DNA of 64,000 nt from Eledone cirrhosa (taxonomy: Eukaryota), in assembly GCA_964016885.1 (NCBI GenBank), contig OZ024756.1, positions 36,890,001-36,954,000 of the forward strand. Reading direction: 5' to 3'. The position numbers were made by a program, and so were the translations under genes. The notes beneath the pieces were generated by a model. It saw nothing but the letters and a program-made list of their open reading frames with translations. It searched no databases and was not told the DNA's origin. Of the stretch, positions 1 to 13,032 are shown piece by piece (position 1 is the stretch's first letter; every line of letters begins with the position of its first letter).

Positions 1-53
1 GATCACTGTACTGTTTGTTACATATAACATCTGTCTCTTGTTTCTTGTCTCAG

Positions 54-260
54 ATACCGAGGACATGGAGTTACCAATGTCACAGTTACCACCCTATCTA
101 CAGCAGCTCGTTAACGAGGACAACCAGAAGTTTCAGAAAGAGATTGAAGACTGGGACCGAGAACAAATGAAGAAGATAGCTCCCTCAGCAGCGGCAGCGG
201 CGGCGGCAGCAGCAGCTGTTGGGGACCCTGAAATAAACCCAGTTTCAAAAAGTAAAAACA
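54..260 (+). CDS. USP25/28: USP25/USP28-like deubiquitinase, internal coding exon (end of USP domain / start of C-terminal region)
   Basis: Polypyrimidine-CAG acceptor ends at 53. Translation LPPYLQQLVNEDNQKFQKEIEDWDREQ resembles [24 protein letters not shown] of vertebrate USP25 (recalled). Donor GTGAGG at 261; an alternative in-phase GT at 252. Phase 1 matches the next exon. Confidence 0.85.
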
Positions 261-388
261 GTGAGGATTATTTGGAATTCAACTTTAATTTTTTATCTTT
301 TTCCCCTTTTTAATTTTTTTTTTTTTTCAATTTTGTCATGGATACTTCTGTTATAGTTCATCTAATACAGAAATGGATTGGTCTACAC

Positions 389-3300
389 ACTGACAGCTGG
401 ACATAGTGACAGCTGGACATAGTGACAGCTGGACATACAGACAGCTGGACATACAGACAGCTGGACATAGTGACAGCTGGACATAGTGACAGCTGGACAT
501 AGTGACAGCTGGACATAGTGACAGCTGGATATAGTGACAGCTGGACATAGTGACAGCTGGACATACAGACAGCTAGACATGCTGACAGCTGGACATACAG
601 TCAGCTAGACATGCTGACAGCTGGACATAGTGACAGCTGGACATAGTGACAGCTGGACATAGTGACAGCTGGACATAGTGACAGCTGGACATAGTGACAG
701 CTGGACATAGTGACAGCTGGACATACAGACAGCTAGACATGCTGACAGCTAGACATGCTGACAGCTGGACATGCTGACAGCTAGACATGCTGACAGCTGG
801 ACATGCTGACAGCTAGACATGCTGACAGCTAGACATGCTGACAGCTAGACATGCTGACAGCTAGACATACAGTTAGCTAGACATGCTGACAGCTGGACAT
901 GCTGACAGCTGGACATACAGTTAGCTAGACATGCTGACAGCTGGACATGCTGACAGCTAGACATGCTGACAGCTGGACATGCTGACAGCTAGACATACAG
1001 ACAGCTAGACATGCTGACAGCTGGACATGCTGACAGCTGGACATGCTGACAGCTAGACATACAGACAGCTAGACATGCTGACAGCTGGACATGCTGACAG
1101 CTGGACATGCTGACAGCTAGACATACAGACAGCTAGACATGCTGACAGCTGGACATGCTGACAGCTGGACATGCTGACAGCTAGACATACAGACAGCTAG
1201 ACATGCTGACAGCTGGACATACAGACAGCTAGACATGCTGACAGCTGGACATGCTGACAGCTAGACATGCTGACAGCTAGACATGCTGACAGCTGGACAT
1301 GCTGACAGCTAGACATACAGACAGCTAGACATGCTGACAGCTGGACATGCTGACAGCTGGACATGCTGACAGCTAGACATGCTGACAGCTAGACATGCTG
1401 ACAGCTAGACATGCTGACAGCTGGACATGCTGACAGCTAGACATGCTGACAGCTGGACATACAGACAGCTAGACATGCTGACAGCTAGACATGCTGACAG
1501 CTAGACATGCTGACAGCTGGACATGCTGACAGCTAGACATACAGACAGCTAGACATACAGACAGCTGGACATGCTGACAGCTGGACATGCTGACAGCTAG
1601 ACATACAGACAGCTAGACATGCTGACAGCTGGACATGCTGACAGCTGGACATGCTGACAGCTGGACATGCTGACAGCTGGACATGCTGACAGCTGGACAT
1701 GCTGACAGCTAGACATGCTGACAGCTGGACATACAGTCAGCTAGACATGCTGACAGCTGGACATACAGACAGCTAGACATGCTGACAGCTGGACATACAG
1801 ACAGCTAGACATGCTGACAGCTGGACATGCTGACAGCTGGACATGCTGACAGCTAGACATACAGACAGCTAGACATGCTGACAGCTGGACATGCTGACAG
1901 CTGGACATGCTGACAGCTAGACATGCTGACAGCTAGACATGCTGACAGCTAGACATGCTGACAGCTAGACATGCTGACAGCTGGACATGCTGACAGCTGG
2001 ACATGCTGACAGCTAGACATGCTGACAGCTGGACATGCTGACAGCTGGACATGCTGACAGCTAGACATGCTGACAGCTGGACATACAGACAGCTAGACAT
2101 GCTGACAGCTAGACATGCTGACAGCTAGACATGCTGACAGCTGGACATGCTGACAGCTGGACATACAGACAGCTAGACATGCTGACAGCTGGACATGCTG
2201 ACAGCTGGACATGCTGACAGCTAGACATACAGACAGCTAGACATGCTGACAGCTAGACATGCTGACAGCTAGACATACAGACAGCTAGACATGCTGACAG
2301 CTGGACATGCTGACAGCTAGACATGCTGACAGCTAGACATGCTGACAGCTAGACATGCTGACAGCTAGACATACAGACAGCTGGACATGCTGACAGCTGG
2401 ACATGCTGACAGCTAGACATGCTGACAGCTAGACATGCTGACAGCTAGACATGCTGACAGCTAGACATGCTGACAGCTAGACATACAGACAGCTAGACAT
2501 GCTGACAGCTGGACATGCTGACAGCTGGACATGCTGACAGCTAGACATGCTGACAGCTGGACATACAGACAGCTAGACATGCTGACAGCTAGACATACAG
2601 ACAGCTGGACATGCTGACAGCTGGACATGCTGACAGCTAGACATGCTGACAGCTAGACATGCTGACAGCTAGACATGCTGACAGCTAGACATGCTGACAG
2701 CTAGACATACAGACAGCTAGACATGCTGACAGCTGGACATGCTGACAGCTGGACATGCTGACAGCTAGACATGCTGACAGCTGGACATACAGACAGCTAG
2801 ACATGCTGACAGCTAGACATGCTGACAGCTGGACATGCTGACAGCTAGACATACAGACAGCTAGACATGCTGACAGCTAGACATGCTGACAGCTAGACAT
2901 GCTGACAGCTGGACATGCTGACAGCTAGACATACAGACAGCTAGACATGCTGACAGCTGGACATGCTGACAGCTGGACATGCTGACAGCTGGACATGCTG
3001 ACAGCTGGACATGCTGACAGCTGGACATGCTGACAGCTAGACATGCTGACAGCTGGACATACAGTCAGCTAGACATGCTGACAGCTGGACATACAGACAG
3101 CTAGACATGCTGACAGCTGGACATACAGACAGCTAGACATGCTGACAGCTGGACATGCTGACAGCTGGACATGCTGACAGCTAGACATACAGACAGCTAG
3201 ACATGCTGACAGCTGGACATACAGACAGCTAGACATGCTGACAGCTGGACATACAGTCAGCTAGACATGCTGACAGCTGGACATACTGACAGCTAGACAT

Positions 3301-5188
3301 GCTGACAGCTGGACATACAGACAGCTAGACATGCTGACAGCTGGACATGCTGACAGCTAGACATACAGACAGCTAGACATGCTGACAGCTGGACATGCTG
3401 ACAGCTAGACATGCTGACAGCTGGACATACAGTCAGCTAGACATGCTGACAGCTGGACATACAGACAGCTAGACATGCTGACAGCTGGACATACAGACAG
3501 CTAGACATGCTGACAGCTGGACATACAGTTAGCTAGACATGCTGACAGCTGGACATACAGACAGCTAGACATGCTGACAGCTGGACATACAGTCAGCTAG
3601 ACATGCTGACAGCTGGACATACAGACAGCTAGACATGCTGACAGCTGGACATACAGACAGCTAGACATGCTGACAGCTAGACATGCTGACAGCTAGACAT
3701 GCTGACAGCTGGACATGCTGACAGCTGGACATGCTGACAGCTAGACATGCTGACAGCTGGACATGCTGACAGCTGGACATGCTGACAGCTAGACATGCTG
3801 ACAGCTGGACATACTGACAGCTAGACATGCTGACAGCTGGACATACAGTTAGCTAGACATGCTGACAGCTGGACATGCTGACAGCTGGACATGCTGACAG
3901 CTGGACATGCTGACAGCTAGACATGCTGACAGCTAGACATGCTGACAGCTAGACATGCTGACAGCTGGACATGCTGACAGCTAGACATGCTGACAGCTAG
4001 ACATGCTGACAGCTAGACATGCTGACAGCTGGACATACAGTTAGCTAGACATGCTGACAGCTGGACATGCAGGCAGCTGGACATGCTGACAGCTGGACAT
4101 GCTGACAGCTAGACATGCTGACAGCTGGACATGCTGACAGCTGGACATGCTGACAGCTGGACATGCTGACAGCTAGACATGCTGACAGCTGGACATGCAG
4201 GCAGCTGGACATACAGTTAGCTAGACATGCTGACAGCTGGACATGCAGGCAGCTGGACATGCTGACAGCTGGACATACAGACAGCTAGACATGCTGACAG
4301 CTAGACATGCTGACAGCTGGACATACAGACAGCTAGACATGCTGACAGCTAGACATGCTGACAGCTAGACATGCTGACAGCTGGACATGCTGACAGCTGG
4401 ACATGCTGACAGCTAGACATGCTGACAGCTGGACATGCAGGCAGCTGGACATGCAGGCAGCTGGACATGCTGACAGCTGGACATGCTGACAGCTAGACAT
4501 GCTGACAGCTGGACATGCAGGCAGCTGGACATGCTGACAGCTGGACATGCTGACAGCTGGACATGCTGACAGCTAGACATGCTGACAGCTGGACATACAG
4601 TTAGCTAGACATGCTGACAGCTGGACATGCAGGCAGCTGGACATGCTGACAGCTGGACATACAGTCAGCTAGACATGCTGACAGCTAGACATGCTGACAG
4701 CTGGACATGCTGACAGCTGGACATGCTGACAGCTAGACATGCTGACAGCTAGACATGCTGACAGCTAGACATGCTGACAGCTGGACATACAGTTAGCTAG
4801 ACATGCTGACAGCTGGACATGCAGGCAGCTGGACATGCTGACAGCTGGACATACAGACAGCTAGACATGCAGGCAGCTGGACATGCTGACAGCTAGACAT
4901 GCTGACAGCTGGACATGCTGACAGCTGGACATGCAGGCAGCTGGACATGCTGACAGCTAGACATGCTGACAGCTAGACATGCTGACAGCTGGACATGCTG
5001 ACAGCTGGACATGCTGACAGCTGGACATGCTGACAGCTGGACATGCTGACAGCTGGACATGCAGGCAGCTGGACATGCAGGCAGCTGGACATGCTGACAG
5101 CTGGACATGCTGACAGCTGGACATGCTGACAGCTGGACATGCTGACAGCTAGACATGCTGACAGCTAGACATGCAGGCAGCTGGACAT
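389..5188. repeat. Intronic minisatellite, 16-bp unit GACAGCTRGACATGCT, about 300 copies
   Basis: Directly visible tandem array with variants ending ATAGT, ATACA, ATGCT and ATGCAG. Confidence 0.98.
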
Positions 5189-5382
5189 TTAGAGGGTCAG
5201 GTGGACACATCGGTAGGGGAATAAGCTGTTAGATGGACGATGGACGCAACTAATGGAGAGTTATAGGGCCAGCTAGACACTGTTAGATGGATAGGTGGAC
5301 AGTTTGATGTTTAAGTAGACCAGCAGGTAGATGAACATATAGACAGACTGCTAGGTAGACAAGGGGAGACATTGCTAGATAT

Positions 5383-5466
5383 GTAGACTGTCTGATGGAC
5401 AGGTAGACTGTCTGATGGACAAGTAGACTGTCTGATGGACAGGTAGACTGTCTGATGGACAGGTAG
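5383..5466. repeat. 20-bp tandem repeat GTAGACTGTCTGATGGACAG x4
   Basis: Visible tandem copies. Confidence 0.9.
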
Positions 5467-5719
5467 TCAGGTTGTTATGTATTGTTTTCTCTGAAATATG
5501 TTTCCATTAGATATAATTTCTAATATATTTAATAATAATAATGATAATAATAATAATGATGATAATAATAAGAATGACGATGATAATGATAATAATAATA
5601 ATGATGATAATAATAAGAATGACGATGATGATGCTAATAATATTAATGAAGATATAATAATGTGGTTAACAACAGGATTCAGGCAGAATGTGCTGATGTA
5701 AATATATTTTGTCTGTTAG

Positions 5720-5961
5720 GTCAAAATGTAAGTACCCAGACACAACAACAACAGCAACAACACCCTCAACAACAACAACAACAGCAACAACAGCTACCAC
5801 AACCAACAGTACAAAACCCGATGCAGTCTTTTGCCAAAAGAACGTCTCCGTTACCTGAAGTTCATGCTCAGTTGTCATTTCAACACACTATCAAAGCTCT
5901 TACTGCTGCTATGGAAGGAGATACATTTGTGAAGAAAGGTGCTAATGCTGCTCTTAATGAG
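5720..5961 (+). CDS. USP25/28: USP25/28-like coding exon (polyQ tract, then EVHAQLSFQHTIKALTAAMEGDTFVKKGANAALNE)
   Basis: TAG acceptor ends at 5719, GAG|GTAAAC donor at 5962. Phases agree with the flanking exons. Resembles USP28 EHAVIAKEQTAQAI...SGVEAALSE. Confidence 0.8.
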
Positions 5962-6930
5962 GTAAACAGCCTCTATTATCACTCTCTCTTCTTGTTTAAC
6001 CCTTTAGCATTTAAACCAGCCGTATCCTGGCCAGAGTTCTCTCACCTCTTTCTGTTCCAACCAGCCGTAATCGGCCACTTGTACTGATGTTAAGGTATTG
6101 TTCACAAAATAAATATTATCAAAATCTCCTAGATTCAGTATTATGTGAGGCCTTTACCATGAAAATATAATAGTATATATAGAATAGTTTTGAAGATAAA
6201 GAAATTGGAGGGATTTAGCAATATAGTTAACTTCACCATTATAAAGCTGGTATTTGGAACCTAACTTAAAAAAGGTTCTTATAAAATTATGATAGATTTT
6301 TAGATAAATATAAACACTATAACCTCTTTATTACCATATTTCAAATAAGACAGTCAGTGGTTTTCAAGTTATTTTGAAAATAATCAAGAATTTTAAGAGA
6401 TTTATTAATATAACTGTCTCTCATTATTAAGTTAGTGTTTGGAACATAGCTTAACTAACATACATAAAAATTATGATGTAAGGTTAAATAAATAAATAAA
6501 TATAAACATTTCAAAATGGTTCTGTATCCTAAGACCATGGGTTGTTTCAGGCAGTGTGGTATCAAAATGGTTAAGATGGTTTTTGGAACATAACTTAACA
6601 GAGATTCTTGCATAAAAATTATGATGGATAGTTTTTATATATATTATCATTTTTACGTCCACTTTTCCGTTGGCATCAGTTGGTTATTTTGAGACAATGT
6701 TTTCAGCCAGATATCCTTCCTGGCACCAACCCTTCTACTTATGAAATGCATTTAAAAAAAAAGCTTTTGTATCATAGGGACATGGGCTATTTTAGGTGGT
6801 TTTGGTATTAAAAGCATTAAAATGACCCCTCTTCTTTCCCCCAAAAAATATTTCAACATTTATATGATGGCATGTCAACCATTGATATTGTTCACATCTG
6901 TACAAACTATATTTTATTCTTTGATTATAG

Positions 6931-7118
6931 GCTGTTGACAAAGAACTTGAAAGGTTAAAATCTATTGCTGACACTGTACACAATGTGGTACCACGTCAAG
7001 ACCCACGCCTTGACCATATTCTCGTCTACCTCTTCGATAACAATGCAAATTTTAATGTGATAAAACGAGTGTTATTGGAGCAGTTTTCTAATCTTTCCAT
7101 CTTGGATCGGGACCCCCG
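6931..7118 (+). CDS. USP25/28: USP25/28-like coding exon (AVDKELERLK...DPRLDHILVYLFDNNANFNVIKRVLLEQFS...)
   Basis: TAG acceptor ends at 6930, GTAATT donor at 7119. Strong match to USP28 [29 protein letters not shown]. Not in the ORF track. Confidence 0.92.
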
Positions 7119-7384
7119 GTAATTCTTGCTTTTTAAACGTTTATATCTTTTGTATACTTATACTAAGAGTGCATTAATGTATTGGTGTGATTGAGAGTTT
7201 GATAAATGAGATAATGGCATGAGATGGTCAAACCCTGTGTGTGTGTGTGTAAATGTGTGTTGATTTATTAATATTCTTACAATATTGTAGCTATGTAAGA
7301 AAATGAAGAAATCAACCCTTGAAATTGAGTTCTTTCCCTTTTTGGCTACTATGTTCACTAAATCAGAATCACACACACACACAT

Positions 7385-7560
7385 ATCATCATCACCATTT
7401 AACGTCCATTTTCCATGCTAGCATGGGTTAGACTAGTCGTCCACATTGAGAGACATGTCTGGCCAAGTTGGCCGTGCTATGCCTTGCTCAAATGGAACTG
7501 TAAATTTGGCTGGATTTTTACAGCTGGATGCCCTTCCTAACACCAACCACATTGACTGTG
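7385..7560. mobile_element. Interspersed repeat (CAT)n-TTAACGTCCATTTTCCATGCTAGCATGGGTT...GCTGGATGCCCTTCCTAACAC; further copies at ~11900-12060 and ~19470-19620
   Basis: Three diverged copies in the window, probably SINE or LINE 3' ends in reverse orientation. Confidence 0.7.
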
Positions 7561-7815
7561 GAACTGGTAGGTATCGTTATGAGGAGGGACTGGCCAGTTG
7601 GCCGTGCCATACCCTGCTCACAGAGGACCCATAGTTTGGGAGCATACATCTGCACATACATACATCTGCATGTGCCTACTATATCTGCACGTGCATAGCT
7701 ACATATGCATGTGCACACCTACACATGCTTACATACACACATACACATACACACACACATATGTTCATTTGGTGTTTGGTGTTGTAATTATAAATTGGTT
7801 GTATTTATTTCTCAG

Positions 7816-7900
7816 GGCCAAGAAAATTCGACAAGAAGCATTTAAATGTGAAGAAGAAATTCAGCAACAGAGTGGTAAATATGGCAGCAGAGAATATATG
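7816..7900 (+). CDS. USP25/28: USP25/28-like coding exon (RAKKIRQEAFKCEEEIQQQSGKYGSREYM)
   Basis: CAG acceptor ends at 7815, GT donor at 7901. Phase 2 in, phase 0 out, joining the neighbours in frame. Confidence 0.85.
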
Positions 7901-8248
7901 GTTTGTATATATTGATTTATTGATCTATTGGTTGATGTATTGACAGTAATGTATGGCAGGGAAGTCTGTAGTGTGGTAGCAGGTTGTGGTGATTCACTGG
8001 TGTGATAGGAGGTTGTGATTAGAGGCTGTGGTGAGTCACTGGTATGATTGGAGGTTGTGAGTCACTGGTGTGGTGATGCTGTTACATCATGGACATAGAT
8101 AGAATACCTGTTTCTATATATTGACCCTAGTGAGTACTTGATATATTGTGGGGACCTACGTAAGCAGAATGAGGGCACGTTTGTTGAGAGGAGAGGAATT
8201 GCCCCAAATATATAACTGCTATTTTAACTCTAGTTGTGTGTGTGTATG

Positions 8249-8290
<42 letters not shown>

Positions 8291-8458
8291 TACACTGTTG
8301 TGTATGTATGTATATATGTATATAAATGTGTTTGTTGTGTATGTGCAGTTATATATATAGTTATCAATTAGTAAAATGTAGTACATATGTAGTTATTGTG
8401 TCATCTGACCCTGTTTGGAAGACATTTCCATGTTTTACAATATCTCTATGTGTTACAG

Positions 8459-8538
8459 GCGTGGCATCAACGCTATCATCAGTTCCGCTGTGTAGTACAT
8501 AACTTCATCAAAGGTGTGAAATTGTATCATGAAAATAA
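8459..8538 (+). CDS. USP25/28: USP25/28-like coding exon (AWHQRYHQFRCVVHNFIKGVKLYHEN)
   Basis: CAG acceptor ends at 8458, GTAAGT donor at 8539. Resembles USP25 WHQDYRKFR...IGLENF. Confidence 0.9.
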
Positions 8539-8647
8539 GTAAGTCCTTCCCTGGTTTTTCTAGTCTTGTCAGGATATCATATGACAATTTTTCTTTTGGA
8601 CCATGTAAAAAAATATGACCAGTTTTCAAGAAATATCTAATTGTTAT

Positions 8648-8898
8648 TTAACCCTTTAGAGATGAAGCCCTTTTCACAAGCCAGAGGACATGCACTTATT
8701 TAAAAAAAAAAAATTCTAAAAAATAAAGTGTATGGTAAATAAATTCACAGATCACAGCAAACTATCATGGTAGCCACCATTAAAAGGCCCAGATATGTAA
8801 GAAGCAATCTGATTGGCTGGTATGAAGACCAGCCAGCTAATCTCATGGCTTGTATTATTGGGCCTGATAGATTGGCCCTGTTGTTTCTCAAGGGTTAA
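8648..8898. mobile_element. piggyBac-like MITE (TTAA-CCCTT...AAGGG-TTAA)
   Basis: TTAA on both flanks, CCC/GGG termini, imperfect terminal inverted repeats. Confidence 0.55.
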
Positions 8899-9338
8899 GA
8901 GCATTGGTTGCTTGTTTCTCTGGATTGCTACACTCCGAGTTCAAATCACATAAAAGTCATCTTTACCTTTTGTTCATTTTGGGATTGATAAAATAAAGTA
9001 CCAGTTAACTGCTGGTGTCAATATAATCAACTTTCACCTCCTCAGAAGTTAATAGTATTGTACGTAAATTAGAAACCATTATAATTATTATTGTAAATAT
9101 TATTTGCAGTATTTGTTCTAGCTCTTTAGATTTTGAGGTCAAAACCTGTTGAGGTCATCTTGGCATTTCTTCAGTCACGGTCGATAATATATATCTAATC
9201 ACAAAATTGACCCCATGATCAGTATGAAGCTTGTGATGGGGTCTGCTATGCTGACCCCTTGTTTTAATAGAGAAAAACGTTCTTAAAACACTTATTTTTA
9301 AAATTATTATTTTTTTTGTTTTTGTTGTTCATTTTCAG

Positions 9339-9468
9339 TTTTCAGTCAGCATTAAGCTTCCTACGAAATGCTTCCCTTCTAAATAAACACTTGTACAAGC
9401 TTTCACCTGAAGGAGTTACAGGCGTGAATGATGATTTATTAAGGTGTTATTGGAGAAAATGTTTATTG
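9339..9468 (+). CDS. USP25/28: USP25/28-like coding exon (FQSALSFLRNASLLNKHL...DDLLRCYWRKCLL)
   Basis: TTTTCAG acceptor ends at 9338, GTATGT donor at 9469. Resembles USP25 ...NNKELL...EELISHYRRECLL. Confidence 0.9.
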
Positions 9469-9510
9469 GTATGTATTCGGTATTTGTTGGTGTTGTTAGA
9501 AAACATTGTT

Positions 9511-9730
9511 TTTAGCGTTTACAATACTCTCTATATACTTTTGTATTTTTGTGGTAAAGGCTTTATCTTACATAATTATCTCACATGATATCGAATCTAC
9601 GAGATTTTGATGTTATTTATTCTGAGAACAATACATTATCGTCAGTATAAGTAGCAAGTTATAGCTGGTTTGAGCAGAAAGTGGAGAGAATTCTGGCCAC
9701 ATATGGCCAGTTTAAATACTAAAGGGTTAA
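9511..9730. mobile_element. piggyBac-like MITE, same family as 14541-14756 and the fragment at 5997-6075
   Basis: Aligns along its length with 14541-14756 and ends TAAATACTAAAGGG-TTAA. Confidence 0.7.
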
Positions 9731-10656
9731 ATAAAGTAACATTTTAAAAGCTTCTCCATAAAATGAAATTACTTTCATATCTGAGTAGAATTAGGACATC
9801 CATCATCATATGTCTAATTTGAAGAAGACAGACTATGTGGTTAAGAGGTTGATTCTCAACTGCGTGATTCTGGGTTCTGGGTTCAAGTCTGCTACGTAGA
9901 AACTTGAGTAAATGTCTTTTATTATAGCTTTGGGTTGACTAATGCCTTGTGAGAAAAGTTATGTAAACTGAAAATGCAGAAGCCTGTCGTATATATCCAT
10001 ACACACACATACTTGGTAAAGTTGTTGGTGATTGGAAGGGCATCGAGCCATAAACACTATGCTGAAATTTTATAATGTATAACACTGACGTGGTCCCCTG
10101 ACCTGTCTAGGTGGGAAGTAACTCCAAATATGAATTGAGGTGTGTGACCTTGACACTGTTACTTTAGTGCTGTGTGACCTTGACAGTGCTATATACATCT
10201 GTGTGACCTTGTAAGTCTGATCTTCAATCTCCTTTTACAATATGAGCCCCATATATTACCGAGAGACAAACTTTATATCAGAAAAAATATATATGTACTT
10301 CCTTTATGAAAAAAAAATGCTATACCATTTCATAAAAGAATAACATATTAAAATAGAAACTTTAGAATGTTATTTGGAACTGTAACACTTCATAGACAAA
10401 CCCTTTAACAATATCTTGTGTTCATAACCTCCCTCTCCTCCACCCTCGAAATATCTTAATAAACCTTTTTGAGTTTGTACGAATTCAGGATAGAGACCAT
10501 TAGTGTAAGTTATAACTCCTCATAGAGCTGTGACCTTTTAGTAACCGTTACATAGACCATCACCGAAATATTAATGAGTTATTTCCCCTGGCAATATGTT
10601 TTACAGATTTAAAGTAATTTAGCATCCTTTTGTTATTGCAGGTCCTTTTAACACAT

Positions 10657-10928
10657 TAACCCTTTTGATACCAACATAGCCAAAACTGGCGCTGGTTCTA
10701 TGAAACAAGACCACCCATTTTAAAGGGTTCCTATTTAAATTAAAATCTTCCATCTTAATTTTATATATGAAAAAAAAAACGTGTTAAGTTACTTAGTTTG
10801 TTCCAAACATCAACTTAATAATGAGAAAATTATATTTCTAAATTCCTTCAAGTTCTTGATTATTTTCAAAATTATTTGAAAACATTAGGCAGAGATTTTC
10901 ATTAAAAATGTAGTAGCAAAAGAGTTAA
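10657..10928. mobile_element. piggyBac-like MITE (TTAACCCTTTTGATAC...GTAGCAAAAGAGTTAA); related reverse fragments at ~19630-19972
   Basis: TTAA flanks and imperfect TIRs; homologous ends recur near 19800-19830 and 19920-19972. Confidence 0.6.
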
Positions 10929-11444
10929 AATAGTTAGAGAATTTCTAGTAATTTAGAATGGATTAAGAAAATTTACTGTAGCTTTATTTGCAGATTAACC
11001 CATCACATTCTGTGGTAATTAACGGTATATCCACAAACGAGTTAATTCAAGTGTTTATAGTTTCTGTAACTGAACAGATGATGAAACTGTGCAGTATTTG
11101 ACTAAAAACTTTGGTTTTTAATATCATAAAGTCATAGTATTGTTTTCTATTTCTCAACTGTCTTGTTAATGTGGTTTTATGTAGTACAAGAGATTATGAG
11201 TTAAAATAAAGTATTTGTGCTCTCAAAGCGTTGGGTATTTCAGGATTGGTGGGGTACCTAAGTTGCCCCTGGGTGGTTCACTCTCAATTGGGGAATTTAT
11301 TTTGTTATATTTTTATATTTTTTCATTGTTTTTGTTAGTGTGTATTTTTACTAAATTTTACTGTAACCCCTCCCCCACTGTCCCTGTCTATATGTCAGCC
11401 CTTGTGGCCAATAAATGAATTCATTATTATTAATATTGTTATAG

Positions 11445-11635
11445 GGTGGTGGATTAGCAGTAGAGGGTCGGACGCCATGCTTTGCAGCATAGAGTTACGT
11501 CCCTTTACGATCTGAGTTCAAATTCCGCTGAAGTTAACTTTGCCTTTCATCCTTAGGGGCTTGATAAAATAAAGTACCAGTAATGTACTGGATAATTTCT
11601 GGCCTTGTGCCCAAAGTAGAAACAATTATTATTAA
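11445..11635 (+). mobile_element. tRNA-derived SINE with Nin/Deu-like central domain
   Basis: B-box-like GAGTTCAAATTCC, core CTTTGCCTTTCATCCTT...GATAAAATAAAGTACCAG, tail GGCCTTGTGCC..AGTAGAAACAATTATTATT. Many copies in the window. Confidence 0.85.
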
Positions 11636-11656
11636 TATTGTTATTATTATTTGTAG

Positions 11657-11843
11657 AATTTGAATCTGCAGACAGCCAAAAAGTTTGAAGAAGAGACGGA
11701 TGTTACAGAAACACTAAAACTGATGCACCATGACATCTTGTCGAGTATCACTGAGTTTTCTTGCAGCCAGGATAATGAAGATATTCAAGCTATAGATTCC
11801 ATTAGAAGCCAGTGGTGTACAGTGGTCGGCAAGGATTTTGATT
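11657..11843 (+). CDS. USP25/28: USP25/28-like coding exon (NLNLQTAKKFEE...DIQAIDSIRSQWCTVVGKDFD)
   Basis: TAG acceptor ends at 11656, GTAAGT donor at 11844. Resembles USP25 LNEQAAELFES...[20 protein letters not shown]. Confidence 0.92.
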
Positions 11844-12447
11844 GTAAGTTTTATTTATTTTATTTGTGTTTGTATGTCTCTAATAACTGCGTGAGAATCA
11901 TCATCATCATTGTTTAACGTCTATCTTCCACGCTAGCATGGGTTAGACGGGAATTGTCCCACTTGAGGCAAGATTGGTCGGGTGACCGTGTCTCGCTTGT
12001 ATAGGACTGCCTGGCAGGTTTTCTACGGCTGGCTGCCCTTCCTAACACCAACCACATTTACAGTGTGGACTGGGAGCTTTTTACCGTGTTACCTACATGG
12101 CCACATTACAGCGTGGACTGTGTTTTTTTTGTCATGACACCTACACGACCTCATTAGTTTGGACTGGATGTTGTGGTACCAACATAACTTTACAGAGAAA
12201 GGGCGGTGTTGGTGGGGGTGGGAGGATGGAGTAGAAAAGGTTTATGATACAATTTTGTCTAAATTTCTGATAACTGCTGCGTATATTTTACACAGCTACA
12301 GTTGTCATACCGGCCTTCTTTCTTTTTTTTTCAGTAAAATGACCATTTTTTTTAAACAAACATTTATTAACAATACATATCTGTGCATGTTACCTGTTCA
12401 CGCTCACCCATGTTGAGATTTTTATTTTCCTTTTTGTTTAATTTCAG

Positions 12448-12708
12448 GTTACAAGAGTGAAAAGCTGCAGGATTTTTTCTCCAAATTGTTTGAACCTTCA
12501 ACGACCTTAAGATCTGTCACAGACCTCGGTTCTACCCAACCATCGGAACTACAGAATCTGGCCAACAGCTATCAGCATGTGATTAACCTCTCTGAAAAAC
12601 ACGGATTTCTTCATAGTTTCTCTGACAATGCTGGATGCAGGAGCAAAATCTTTGATGATGAATATGATGTAGATGATGATGATGATGATGATGACCGCCG
12701 CCACCACC

Positions 12709-12740
<32 letters not shown>

Positions 12741-12878
12741 CACCATAACAATGGCAGTGGCGGTGGAGGTGGTATTGGTGGCAGTGACGATGATGACGAT
12801 GATGATGATGTTGGACTAGCTGTGGATGAGGATGATGTGCAGGATGAAGGAATCGAGACCATATCTTCGGAAACCTGA
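12448..12878 (+). CDS. USP25/28: USP25/28-like terminal coding exon with D/H/Q/G low-complexity tail; stop TGA 12876-12878
   Basis: TTTCAG acceptor ends at 12447. SEKLQDFFSKLFE resembles QEKLTDFLPKLLD. Frame is open to the stop. Confidence 0.88.
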
Positions 12879-12988
12879 ATCCTGGTGGAAAGAGAGAAAA
12901 AGAGAGAGTGGGTAGAAGTTAGAGAGGAGGAAGAGAGAGATAGAGAGAGCTAGCGTGAGAGAAGGATGAAAAAAAAAAATGACAAAAT

Positions 12989-13032
<44 letters not shown>

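Noticed and set aside
351-5210. Minus-strand ORFs MSSCQHVQLSACPAV... and a CRISPR-like periodic look
   Set aside because: These are translations of a 16-bp tandem repeat. There are no unique spacers and no cas genes, and the array lies in a eukaryotic intron.
11445-11530. tRNA-like A/B box sequence
   Set aside because: It is a SINE head and does not form a cloverleaf tRNA.
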